A stretch of 64,000 bases of DNA from Selaginella moellendorffii (taxonomy: Eukaryota > Plantae > Lycopodiophyta). This document shows positions 47,424 to 59,698 of this stretch, one piece after another; positions within the stretch are counted from its first letter, which is position 1, and each line of letters begins with the position of its first letter. Location of the stretch: NCBI RefSeq assembly GCF_000143415.4, contig NW_003314291.1, positions 294,674 to 358,673 of the forward strand, read 5' to 3'. The notes beneath the pieces are model-generated. The model was given only the letters and a program-made list of their open reading frames with translations, made no database searches and was not told the DNA's origin. Both the position numbers and the translations under genes were made by a program.

Positions 47424-49989
47424 CCAAATTGGAGGCACAAAATGAATTGTGATTTTAAATCTGATTTAAATAAAATCGCAAACTTATTGGGAGAAACATG
47501 GGCTCGAACTCTCTACCTCAGGTAGAATCAAAGGGCTAATGGAGCATCGGTTAAAAAAAGAGGAAGTTATGGTGTGCAATTTATAAATTGTGTGTGGACG
47601 ATCATACGCAAAAACTGACATGTTGTCTTCCAATTCGTCTATAATTTTATGGCCATAATATGCCCTTCAGATGGCCATGGCATGTTTCCATTATCACTCC
47701 ATACATTCATTGGCATAACTTTGACTTGTTAACTTAGGGTTGGTAGCATCCCTGCCCAAGACGGGATTCAACTGGCATGGTAGATGCTAGGAGGCCTACA
47801 TACATCAGTCTATTTCCTGTTTGTAGATCATTTGTTTTTTTCAGTTGCAATGTCGAAACTGTTTGGCCTAAAGTATTTCCCAATGGCGTGTGTGGAACCA
47901 CCTGATGTATGTAGGCTTTTCCTTATCTAATTGGAGAAGTAAGTCTAGTGGAGGATGAAGAACATAGTGTTGCATATGATGGCACTGATGTTTCTGATGA
48001 ATCAAGTGTTGAGAGTGAGACCATTAAGGATAGAGATGTTTTTGAGGTAAGTTAAATTATCCATTGTCATACTAATTGTGTAAGGCTTTGGAAGTCTAAT
48101 TAATTTTGTTATTTGGATGCAACTTAAAATTCTCTAAACCAAAACTACTAGTTACCTTGCAACTTACTTTGGAAGATCAATGCTGTACAAGTACATGAGG
48201 CTTATTGATCCCAATTGGAGGCATGTATATAACATGATGCTATTGTTATGATCCGGCGCAAAAAGACAAAAATCTCATTGCCCTAGACTATGCTACGCCA
48301 CCTCTTGAGGTTCCTCACCACCCAACCACCCCCGAGCTACCTCAAAAGCTCCACTGCGCCGCCGCTCCACTGTGAGCCCTAGGGTAGGTTAAGTCCCTTA
48401 CCCTAACATGCCTTAATATACCCTTGAGCCTCCCTTTGACCGACGTTGACCACGTAGTCAAAGCTGGCGCCTAACAGCTATCAAGAGAGGTATTGAATCT
48501 TGTCCAAGCTAATATTTCTATGAATCGTGCTGGCACAAACTGAGGGATTATCAACTCTCGCTCGGGCTGTAAAACTGCAAGATATCAATTTAGTCAACGC
48601 CAAATATGGCAAACTTTAGCTATACACAAACTATCTAAACTCCAAGACTAGAATTGACTAATGAGTATATTCAAATGACATGCCTTATGCACTATGCCAT
48701 ATAGATTGTGTGTTCAATTTTATACTCTACAAACTATTCTTAGGAACTAATTTTAGTTTTCTTTGTTGTAGTCTATTGCAAGCGTGTGATATACAGTTTT
48801 TATGTCATGCAGTGATCTATGGTGCAACTACAAAGCAAGCACATGCCATTTTAAACACTTACACATGGGTTGTGAGGCACTTCAGTAGGCCAAAACAATT
48901 GAGAAGTAACAATGCCCTTGAACATAATGAGGTTGAGGCTGATATCATGAATTGCTGGGGGGTAGGAACCAAAAGTTTCATACATAAGACATCAACACAA
49001 AATTAAGTATATTGCTTTTGTGTCTTTTGGCTACTCAATTACTCATTACTTTGTTGTAGCATATTGAGCACTTCTAGCATGAACTTTTTGAGTGTATATA
49101 TAGTTTTACAAACACTTTTTTGAGTTGATGGAGGATATCATAATTTTGGATGTCTTTAATCTATGGCATAGATAAAGTTTGCAATGTGTATTTACACCTT
49201 ACCTTACAAAGGATATTTCCCACTGGGTTGTTATATAGAATCTTCAACCTTATTATTGTGGCCAATTCTTTAAGCCATCCCATGTTTCTATTGATCTAGT
49301 CCAACCAATGGAGCATGAACTTGGGTAAAAATTCCTTATGATACTTTCATTTATTCCTATTTTGCGGCATCATTCTAGCCCAAGGTAGAAAAGAGATCTA
49401 AGACATGTCAAGTTCTTTCTTTACTAACATCAACGGGGCTTTATTGTTAGAGGTATTTAAAATTGTCTTGTATATATTGATGAGGTTATTACTTCCTTTT
49501 TGCAGCACCTAGTAAAAGTGAGAAATCAAGCATTTTCAATGCATCAACATGGCCTCAATTTAGATAAGTAGTATCTTTTGTATTTAGATCTATGTGCTAT
49601 GGCAAATGTAGAAGGAGTTCCCTATTGTTATTGACACTTTTTCTTAATGAGGAGAGTCATAGATGCAAAGAACCATATTAATATTGAAGAAAAGAAGAAG
49701 AAAACAAAAGTTATAATATATGTTAATAATTGATTGCAAAGTAGATTTCCAGCATAAAGAAAGCTTATAAGCATACTCCTCAACCATATCAAAGAGTTAC
49801 ACGAAGTGCTATTAACAAAATCTTAGTGACTGGGTATCTTGAGAGTATCAAGCACAAACTTATGATGAACTTAGAAGAGAAATGAATTTTGGTTTCTATT
49901 TTAGAACTTTGGAGGCTTTATAAAATATATGAATTTGATCTATTGCTGCTTTGAAAAATTTTACAATGTACTTTTTATAGAAATTGAGT

Positions 49990-50450
49990 GTTATGATATT
50001 ATCATGGATAAAATTTACTGCTTGATCATAAGAGGGAAGTTGACAAATTTGTAATATATATACATCTAAAAATAGATATCTTTTGATATAGTGGGAACTG
50101 TTTAGCCTCGGAAATTTTAACAATACCAACTATTCAATGAAGAAGAAAGCAAAGCATTCATTCAACTCTTTTTGCTGTATTTGCTTTTTTAATTTCCTAA
50201 TATTCTTAAAGAAATTTTAAATTGATATTATGCACTTATTCTACACACATACAGTGGCCAAAGACATTACCACTTGAGCATGTTACAAATTTGTGGTCTT
50301 CATCTTTTCCACTCTTAAAATTCATTTTTGTTATTCACAAAGTGGGGAGATGATCAATGATGTGGAGCAGCATGGGTCATATTATATAATATAGTGCTAT
50401 AGGTTTGAGAGGATAGTCAAAAAGTATTCAAACATTCTGAATAATTGATA
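49990..50450 (+). mobile_element. Highly decayed CACTA/En-Spm-like transposase remnant (second copy ~54905-55450)
   Basis: HK-GEMINDVEQHGSYYII(W)CYRFERIVKKYSNI resembles the H..H....GP....W.YPFER motif, and FNVEKNKAFIQLFLPYLL lies upstream in the second copy. No CACTA termini found. Confidence 0.45.
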
Positions 50451-52145
50451 TATTTCATCTTTATCTTTTGTTTATTTTCTATTTTAATAACTGATAACAA
50501 GTGATGTAAGTTCAATCTATCACTTCTCAAGGCTTTTAATAATTGAAGTTATATATAATAGATTTGACCATGAAGACAACAAATTAGCTATGAGCTTATA
50601 TTAGAGTAGCTATAGAAAGAGTGTCAAATATATATGTAGTAAGTTTTTAATTTTTGCAAGTTTTGAGTTGGTATTTTGATGCACATATAAACTCAAAAGA
50701 GGATGTTTTAAAGGTTTAGAATAAACTTCTTACATATAAAAGTCAACTTATTAAATTTTTTGAGAGGTGAAAATTTGAGTCCCTTTTCTAAAATATTTTA
50801 TTGAAAGGTGTTTTCTATAAAGCAAGCAAGATAGTGATGTTATCAAATGGAGAGTACATATTTTTACATGCTTAAAGGCTATAACTTATATTTTTAAGGG
50901 AGTTATTTTTATTTTATCAGAAATGAAATATGCAATTCCTTTCTTTATATTTTTTTTATGTGGCTTATTATTTTTATCTTGAAGTTATAGGAAACACTAT
51001 TATATGCTTTTTCTGCCCATGAAAGTATTCTTCCTTCTAATCTCAAATATTTTACATCATTGTCTTTTACTTCACGACAACACAAATTTATCTTTTGAAT
51101 ACAATGAGTTAAAGCTCCATGATAAATTACTTTAACTAGGACATATCAAGAATTTCCTAATTTATCCACTAAAAAGTGATATTGTAAGTAATAGTTTAAA
51201 GCAGCTTTATCCACCATCCATTCACCATCCATCATGAAATTCAGTTTTTATAACAACACAAGAATGATGGATGGTCTTTAAGCTTTGATAATTATCCCAA
51301 TGTAGAATCAATGCACATTGATAAAGTATTTATAGCAAGATGACACACTCAATCAATTGTTTAGCTAGTGAAAGATAGTGAAACATATAGTTACCTTCAT
51401 TGCTATGGTATTTTCACATAGATACCATTCTAAATTATCTATATCTTGATAATAATCTCTTTAAAGGCACACATCCAAAATTTTGTAAAATGTTTTTTTG
51501 TGCAGCTAATGAAAGGTTCTATTCATCCATTATTTGTTGCAACTAGATGAAAATCCTCTCAATTTCAAACTTTCTACCTATCTCTTTTGACTCCTAGTGT
51601 GTTGCTACGGCTCCATCAAGCTCTGGAACATTATATGAAATTGAAACTCCTTCCTCTAACTCCTAATGTGTTGTTATATGGCTTTCCCAAACTCTAGATC
51701 ATAATTTCTCTATGCTTAGTTGGTCTCACTCCCAATGTGCTACTACGGCTTCCTTAACTTCTAGATCATAATCTGAATTTGAGGCTTCACCTAACTCAGA
51801 TTGAAGCTCTTTGCATAACTCCTCTAATTCCCTGTGTTATTCCTGCTTCACAATTTGATGTTAGATTTGCTATTGTGGTTAGCTCTTCATCATGATCTTC
51901 CACCTAGATCTCAACCACTATCTACTGCTATGGCTTCTAATTCACAATTTGCAAAACTCATTAAATCTTGACAACAATGTTGGCACCAAAATCAATTAGA
52001 CAGAAAGTGTCCTCTGCTGGAGAGCCACATCAAGCACATCTACAGATCTTCTGCATTTTAGGGCAAAATACTGCATTGTAGTCAAGTTACAAAATCATAG
52101 TCAATTTATATACTGTCTGGCAATTTCAGTAGTTCCTATTTTCCT

Positions 52146-52420
52146 TCCAGGAAAATCACGAAGAACAATCAAGCAAAGGTAAGAAATAAACTAGACGCCA
52201 ATGGGAGTTAGTGCTAGCGTTTTAGAGAAAGATCGCTTTCCAGGATTGCCTTGTGCGCACACACATCCGGCCCATCACACGCCTTGAGCGTCACATCCAA
52301 CAGTGGGAAATCGAGGGTGTCCTGGTCCCAGGCCCGCAGGAATTTGACCTGGCACGCCACCGCTTGGAGGCGGAGGTGCTGCTGTGCTCCCCACCATGAG
52401 AGGAACGCGAGGCATATTCC
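52146..52420 (-). pseudogene. BTB gene exon 1 plus intron-start fragment, internally deleted
   Basis: Matches 31538-31970 (WDQDTLDFPLLDVTLKACDGPDVCAHKAIL). Exon 2 absent. Confidence 0.85.
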
Positions 52421-52472
52421 CCCTCTCTCTTTTCTTTAACGCGCCGCCACGTGGCGTGTTTGAAACGTAACA

Positions 52473-52604
52473 GGACTAGATAAACAAAATGGTACCGTTA
52501 AGAAAGCAGAATTTAGGTTAGGACTTGATAAACAAAAAGGTCCCATTAAGAAAGCAGAATTAGGTTAGGACTAGATAAACAAAAGGGTACCATTAAGAAA
52601 GAAA
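52473..52604. repeat. Three tandem copies of a ~47-bp unit upstream of PEBP copy 2
   Basis: GGACT(A/T)GATAAACAAAA.GGT.CC.TTAAGAAAG x3. Single copy at the paralogous sites near 32075 and 57731. Confidence 0.85.
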
Positions 52605-52716
52605 AATTAGTCTAAAATCGAAAAGGTGCCAAAAAGGAATACATAAACCCTATGTTAAAAGGTAAATCACTATATAAATCTAGGTATCAAAGCGATCACA
52701 ACACAACAAAGGATCA

Positions 52717-53307
52717 ATGAGGAAGCTTGTGGTAGTTGCTTTCTTGGCTATATTCTTTGCAGGAGCTACTTCTTCGCGATTGTTAGCGTCTACTCCACCA
52801 CGATCTCCATTGCCAGGATCTCTAGCAGTGGAGAAATCGATCTCTATAGCTGTTTCTTACACAGGAAAGGATACCTTCGCCGATGGAACCCTTTTGACGT
52901 GCCCGCAAACTGCGATTCATCCCAACGTTATGGTCCCAGGAGATGTTGATCCTGCGCAGCTTTACTCCATCGTGATGATAGATAGGCAAGCTTCGCAGTC
53001 AATGTTTACATTGGCAGATCAATTCACGTACGTCCACTATTGGATCGCCAATATCCCTGGATCAAAGGTTGACGCTGGCACCATTCTGGAGGAGTATATG
53101 AGGCCTGCACCCCACGATTTCATGCTGCACAAGTACGAGTTTATACTGTATAAGCAGCAAGGGCAGATCAATACACCTCTCGCAGATAGGTTCGTCAAGG
53201 ACTGGGAAGCGGTCGCAAGCTCTTACAACCTTGGCAGCCCCGTAGCAACGACTTCCTTTGTTGCGCAGCTCACCCTAAACTTTAGAATGAGAATGTTCCA
53301 ATGTTAA
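52717..53307 (+). CDS. Divergent intronless secreted PEBP-family protein, copy 2
   Basis: 196 aa, about 6 substitutions versus copy 1. TATATAAA at 52671. Confidence 0.85.
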   Translation: MRKLVVVAFLAIFFAGATSSRLLASTPPRSPLPGSLAVEKSISIAVSYTGKDTFADGTLLTCPQTAIHPNVMVPGDVDPAQLYSIVMIDRQASQSMFTLADQFTYVHYWIANIPGSKVDAGTILEEYMRPAPHDFMLHKYEFILYKQQGQINTPLADRFVKDWEAVASSYNLGSPVATTSFVAQLTLNFRMRMFQC

Positions 53308-53476
53308 AAAGGTGGCTTCTTTGAATCATTGCGTGTTGTTCGAAACTAGAGAAAAGAGATTCATCTATTGTTAGAACAAGATCGTCCCAATGTTATAAGG
53401 TGGCGAGATTAAATGTTCTTTGAATTTAAAACTTTTGTTACGTAAACAGAACGAAAATAGAGAAAAAGAGATACGA

Positions 53477-54439
53477 TTACAGTTTAGAGTGGTGTATGGT
53501 ATTGTTTCTCAAGAACACTGTCCCGGATAGGACGACTTTGCCTCTCTGCACTTGAAGGAGATCCTGAAAGAAGAAGCAAGCGTTACGAGGATGGTCTAGA
53601 AACGATTGCGGGCGCTTACTGCGAGCTCTCGTCTTGTTCAATGTTGCGAGCGTTTCGCCCGGATAGATGTGGTGCAGGAACCTGGAGCTGATCGTCGCAA
53701 TTCTCATCGGATCACCGTTGCAGCCGCACTGAATTATAGCTCGCCCAGCATAGCTAAGCATGCAAAGCCCATGAAGAATGGGACGCTGGAAGCTGAATTT
53801 TTAAATCCCGTCACAGACGTCATTCGCAAGAACAACAAAGCTTACCCTGAACTTTGGGTCCGAATGCAAGGGATTCACGTCTCAGAGTAACGCCTATATC
53901 ACGGACGAGTAACTTATGTTCTACAAGGACTAACTCAAAATGAAAATTAATCTCTCGTTCTGGTTCGGCCTGATTTCATCAAGTATGGAGGAGTTGCGTC
54001 AAATTCTTTCTCATTGAAACTGATGGGAAACTGCGACGATGTTCGCAGCGAGAAGGAGAACGGTTTTCCAGGACCTGCTTGGAATCCTCCAGCACCGCGT
54101 AAGAATACTAAAGTCCTGCAAAATTGTTGACTTAGGCTAGGCCTACTCTCAGTTCAATTATACAAAAGCTACAGTACCTTTGCAGACATAGCAGTTCCCT
54201 GGTATCAATGCAAGAGTTCCACTTCAACCACTAGAAAAGTGGCGCATAGGCCTATCATTTTTGCGCATGAAAACGAAACATGTCGTAAAGACCTGAAATT
54301 CGTTTGCTGCTACGAACCTGAATTTACAAAGATAGAGACACTTGAAATTCAAGGAAAAAGAGAGAAGAGAAACCTTACCCGTTGGCTGTGGTTTGTAAAT
54401 CTCCACATGCTATTCACCACCAGTAGCTTCGGATCAAAG
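53477..54439 (-). pseudogene. ECH2: 5'-truncated ECH2 fragment, copy B
   Basis: Same exons as copy A, ending HHSKL, with several deletions. Confidence 0.85.
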
Positions 54440-57297
54440 CTGCAAATTATATACATTTTTTCCAGGCTAAAGTCAAGGAAAACAAGAGATGGACCTTATA
54501 ACTTAGCCCAGGCAAATCATGTTAGGTTAGGAATTAGACTATGATTTTGTAACTTTGATTTAATTTATGAATGGGAGATATTGACTGAAGATATGATGTC
54601 AATCTAGAAGACACTTGCTGTCTGATCAATCTTGGTGCCAACAAAACCTGGTGAGTTTTGTAGATTGTGATCCAGAAGCTGCTGCAGCAGATAGAGGTGG
54701 AACTGTGATGGAGAGATAGCCACAGCAGCACACTGGGAGCCAGAGGAAGGAGGCTCAGATTCAAATTATGATAGCAGCACATTGGGAGCCAGAGGAGCCA
54801 GGCAGAGATCTCCAATCCAAGAGGACTTTCATTCAGATGGATGAATGTAACCTCTCATTACAAGAAGACATTCTACAGAAGTTTGGCAGTGTGTCCCTAA
54901 AGATGTAATAATGTGCATTTTATTATAGATAAGATTTACTGCTTGATCACAAGAGGGAAGTTGACAAGTTTGTTATATATATATCTGACAATAACTACCT
55001 TTTGACATATTGGGAAGCATTTAACCTCAGGAATTTGAACAATACCAACTATTCAATGTTGAAAAAAACAAAGCATTTATTCAACTTTTCTTGCCGTATT
55101 TGCTTATCTAATTTCTTAATGTTCCCAAAAATATTTTAAATTGATATTATATACTTATTCTACACACATACAGTTGCAGAAGGCTAGACAAAAAAGTGCT
55201 CTCTAAATTAAAAGACACTCTTGTGTGCTTTTGGTATTCATTGTGAAAAAATCTTATAGACTAAACACATCACCACTTGAGTATATATACAAGTTTGTGG
55301 TTTTTATCTTTTCCACTCTTAATATTCATTTTTATTATTCACAAAGTGGGGAGATGATAATGATGTGGAGTGGCATGGGTCATATTATATAATATGGTGC
55401 TATAGGTTTGAGAGGATAGTCAAGAAGTATTCAAGCATTTTAAATAACTGATATATTTCATCTATATCCTTTGTTTATTTTTTATTTTAATAATTGATGA
55501 CAAGTGATATAAGGTCAATCTATCACTTCTCAAAGCTTTTAGCAACTGAAGTTATATATAATAGATTTGACAATGAAGACAGCAAATTACCTTCAGAATG
55601 GCTATAAACTCCTATTCGAGTAGTTGTATAAAAAATTATGGAAAGAGTGGTAAATAATATATGTAGCAAATTGTTGATTATTGCAAGTTTTGAGTTGGTA
55701 TTTTGATGCTCAAAAGAAAAGGCTCGAAAGGTCTGGAATAAACTTCTTATATATGGAAGTCAACTTGTTAAATTTGTTGAGAGGTGAAAATTTAAGTCCC
55801 TTTTCTAAAATATTTTATTGAGAAGTGTTTTCTATGAAGTGGGCAAGAGAGTGATATTATCAAGTGGACATAAAGTAGAGAGTACATATTTTTACATGCT
55901 TAAAGGCCATAGTTTATATTTTCAAGGAAGTTATTTTAAGTTCATCAGAAATGAGGTCCTTTCTTTGTATTTTGTTTTATATGGTTTGTTATTTTTAGCT
56001 TACTTCCTTTGCCCATAGAAAAATTCTTCATTCCAATCTCAGATATTTTACATCATTGCCTTTTACTTGAGTTTCACCACAACATAAATTTAGCCTTTGA
56101 ATACAAGCTCCATGACAAACTACTTCAACTAAGACACATAAGGAATTTATCAATTTATCCACCAAAAGGTGATATTATAGGTAATGGTTTAACACCATCC
56201 ATCCATTATCGATCATGAAATTCAACTTTTATAATAATACAAGAGTGATGAATGGTCTTTGAGCTTTAATAACAATGTAGAATCAATACATATTGAGGAT
56301 CACCCTATGTGAAAAAGAACCTTTAAAAAAGAAGATAGAAAGTTGAATGATACATTATCTTGATTGATCCAAAAGATGAATTTAGATCATAAAATCTATA
56401 ACTCTGCCAAAACTTACTGTTATGTTAAAATTCCTTGATCATTGATAAAATTCCTTCAAACCATTCATTTCATTTTCTCCATAACTGAAGGTATTTATAG
56501 CAAGATGACACACTTGATATTAGTAAATTCAGCTACTTAGCTAGTGGAAGATAGTGAAACATAAATTTACCTTCATTGCAATGGTACCTTGACATGGATA
56601 CTATTCTATCTCAATAATAGTCTCTTTAAAGACACATCTTCAGAATTTTGTAAAATGCCTTCTTATGTAGCTAATGAAAGGTTTTATTCATCCATTGCTT
56701 ACATCTGGATGAAAGTCCTCTCAAATTTAAGTTCTTTATCTAGCTCCTTTAACTCCTAGTGTGTTGCTGTGGCTCTATCAAGGTTTGGAACATAATCTAA
56801 AATTAAGACTCCTTCCTTTAACTCCTAGTGTCTTGTTATGACTTCCCCAAACTTTGGATTATAATCTAAATCTGAGGCTCCATCTAGCTCAAATTAAAGC
56901 TTTATGCTTAGTTGGTCTCACTCCCCATGTGCTGCTACAACCTCTAGATCATAATCTGAATTTAAAACTTCACTTAGCTCAGATTCTTCACATAACTCCT
57001 CTAACTCCCTATGTGTTATTGCTACTTCACAATTTGATGTTAGATCTGCCACCTAGATCGCAACCACTATCGCTTCTAATTCACAATCTACAAAACTCAC
57101 TAGATCTTTGACAATGTGACCACCAAAATCAATTAGACAGAAAGTGTCCTCCACATGTGCTGGAGAGCCACATCAAGCACATCTACAGATCTTCTGCATT
57201 TTAGGGCAAAATACTGCAGTGTAGTCAATATAATCAAAATTACAAAATCATAGTCAATTTATATACTGTCTGGCAATTTCATTAGTTCCTATTTTGC

Positions 57298-57665
57298 TTC
57301 CAGAAAGATCACGAAAAACAATCAAGCAAAGGAAAGAAATAAACTAGACGCAGCTAGTGCTAGGGTTTTAGAGAAAGATCGCTTACGAGGATTGCCTTGT
57401 GCGCGCACACATCTGGCCCCTCACACGCCTTGAGCGTCACATCCAACAGTGGCAAATCGAGGGTGTCCTGGTCCCAGGCACGCAGGAATTTGGCCTGGCA
57501 AGCCACCGCTTAGAGGCGGCGCTCCTTGTCCCGGAGGTGTCCCCACCAGCGACTCCAGCCTGTGGATCCGGCCCCTGTGGCATCGATCACAATACGCGAA
57601 CTCCATCGCGTAGGAGCGAAACTCGTACCCTGAGAGGAGCCTCTTGCATCCACGCGAGGCATATT
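57298..57665 (-). pseudogene. BTB gene exon 1 fragment, frameshifted
   Basis: CKRLLSGYEFRSYAMEFAYCDRCHRGRIHRLESLVG followed by a deletion. Exon 2 absent. Confidence 0.87.
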
Positions 57666-57894
57666 CCCGTGTGAGGGAATTTTTTTTCTTTAGAAGGGTG
57701 TTTGAAAGCGTAACAGCAGAATTTAGGTTAGGACTAGATAAACAAAAAGGTACCAATAAGAAAGAAAAATTAGTCAAATAAAATTGAAAATAAAATCGAA
57801 AAGGTGCCAAAAAGGAATACATAAACCCTATGTTAAAAGGTAAATCACTATATAAATCTAGGTATCAAAGTGATCACAACACAACAAAGGATCA

Positions 57895-58485
57895 ATGAGG
57901 AAGCTTGTGCTAGCTGCTTTCTTGGCTATATTCTTTGCAGGAGCTACTTCTTCGCGATTGTTAGCGTCTACTCCACCACGATCTCCATCGCCAGGATCTC
58001 TAGCAGTGGAGAAATCGATCTCTATAGCTGTTTCTTACACAGGAAAGGATACCTTCGCCGATGGAACCCTTTTGACGTGCCCGCAAACCGCGATTCATCC
58101 CAACGTTATGGTCCCAGGAGATGTTGATCCTGCGCAGCTTTACTCCATCGTGATGATAGATAGGCGAGCTTCGCGGTCGATGTTTACATTGGCAGATCAA
58201 TTCACGTACGTCCACTATTGGATCGCCAACATCCCTGGATCAAAGGTTGACGCTGGCACCATTTTGGAGGAGTATATGAGGCCTGCACCCCACGACTTCA
58301 TGCAGCACAAGTACGAGTTTATACTGTATAAGCAGCAAGGGCAGATCAATACGCCTCTCGCGGATAGATTCGTCAAGGACTGGGAAGCGGTCGCAAGTGC
58401 TTACAACCTTGGCAGCCCAGTAGCAACGACTTCCTTTGTTGCGCAGCTCACCCTAAACTTTAGAACGAGAATGTTCCAATGTTAA
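57895..58485 (+). CDS. Divergent intronless secreted PEBP-family protein, copy 3
   Basis: 196 aa, about 4 substitutions versus copy 1. TATATAAA at 57849. Confidence 0.85.
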   Translation: MRKLVLAAFLAIFFAGATSSRLLASTPPRSPSPGSLAVEKSISIAVSYTGKDTFADGTLLTCPQTAIHPNVMVPGDVDPAQLYSIVMIDRRASRSMFTLADQFTYVHYWIANIPGSKVDAGTILEEYMRPAPHDFMQHKYEFILYKQQGQINTPLADRFVKDWEAVASAYNLGSPVATTSFVAQLTLNFRTRMFQC

Positions 58486-58643
58486 AAAGGTGGCTTCTTT
58501 GAATCATTGCGTGTTGTTCGAAACTAGAGAAAAGAGATTCAACTATTGTTAGAACAAGATCGTCCTAATGTTATAAAGGTGGCGAGATTACAGATGTAAT
58601 GTTCTTTGAATTAAGAGAACGAAAATAGAGAAAAGAGATACGA

Positions 58644-59698
58644 TTACAGTTTAGAGTGGTGTATGGTACTGTTTCTCAAGAACACTGTCCCGGATAGGAC
58701 GACTTTGCCTCTCTCTTTAACTTTGCACTTGAAGGAGATCCTGAAAGAAGAAGCAAGTGTTATGGGGATGGTCTAGAAACGATTGCGGGCGCTTACTGCG
58801 AGCTCTCACCTTGTTCTTTCTTCATCAATGTTACGAGCGTTTCGCCCGGATAGACGTGGTGCAGGAACCTGGAGCTGATCCTCGCAATTCTCGTCGTCGG
58901 ATCGCCGTCACAGCAGCACCGAATTATAGCTCGCACGGCATAGCCAAGCGTGCAAAGCCCATGAAGAATGGGACGCTGGAAGCTGTGTTTTTAAATCCCG
59001 TCACAGAAGTCATTCGCAAGAACAAAGCTTACCCCGCATCTGCGGCGAACTTTGGGTCCGAATGCAAGGGATTCATGTCTCCTGAAAGACGGTAAAGTAA
59101 CGCCTACATCACGGACAAGTAACTTACGCTCTAAAAGGGAAAACCAAAAAAGAAAATTAATCTCTCGTTTACCTGGTTCGGCCTGATTTGATCTTCAAAC
59201 TGGAAGTCTGGAGGAGTTGCGTCGAATTCTTTCTCATTGAAACTGATGGCTGGAAACTGCGACGATGTTCGCGACGAGAAGGAGAACGGGTTTCCAGGAC
59301 CTGCCGAGAATCCGCCAGCACCGCGTAAAAATGCCAAAGTCCTGCAAAATTGTTGACTTAGCGCTAGGCCTACTCTCCAATGGGACAAAAGCTACAGCAC
59401 CTTTGCAGACATAGCACTTCCCCGGTATCGATGTCTCGGTGCAAGAGTTCCATTTCAATTAACGCGGCTCCTGGAAAAGTGACGCTCAGGCCTATCATTT
59501 TTGCGCATGAAAAACGAAACAGTCGTACCTTTGTCGTGAAGACCTGAAATTCGTTTGCTCCTACGAACCTGAATTTACAAAGATAAAGACACTTGAAATT
59601 CAAGGAAAAAGAGAAAAGAGAAACCTTACCCGTGCACTCGTTGGATGTGGTTTGTAAATTTCCACATACTGTTCACCACCAGTAGCTTCGGATCAAAG
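58644..59698 (-). pseudogene. ECH2: 5'-truncated ECH2 fragment, copy C (best preserved)
   Basis: ALLYRLSGDMNPLHSDPKFAADAG/FQRPILHGLCTLGYAVRAII..HVYPGETLVT..KVKERGKVVLSGTV..HHSKL. Frameshift in the LL(H)GEQY exon, and the 5' exons are missing. Confidence 0.88.

Noticed and set aside
48244-48680. Possible solo LTR (TGTTA...TGACA) in a GC-richer patch
   Set aside because: No matching TSD and no second copy in the window.
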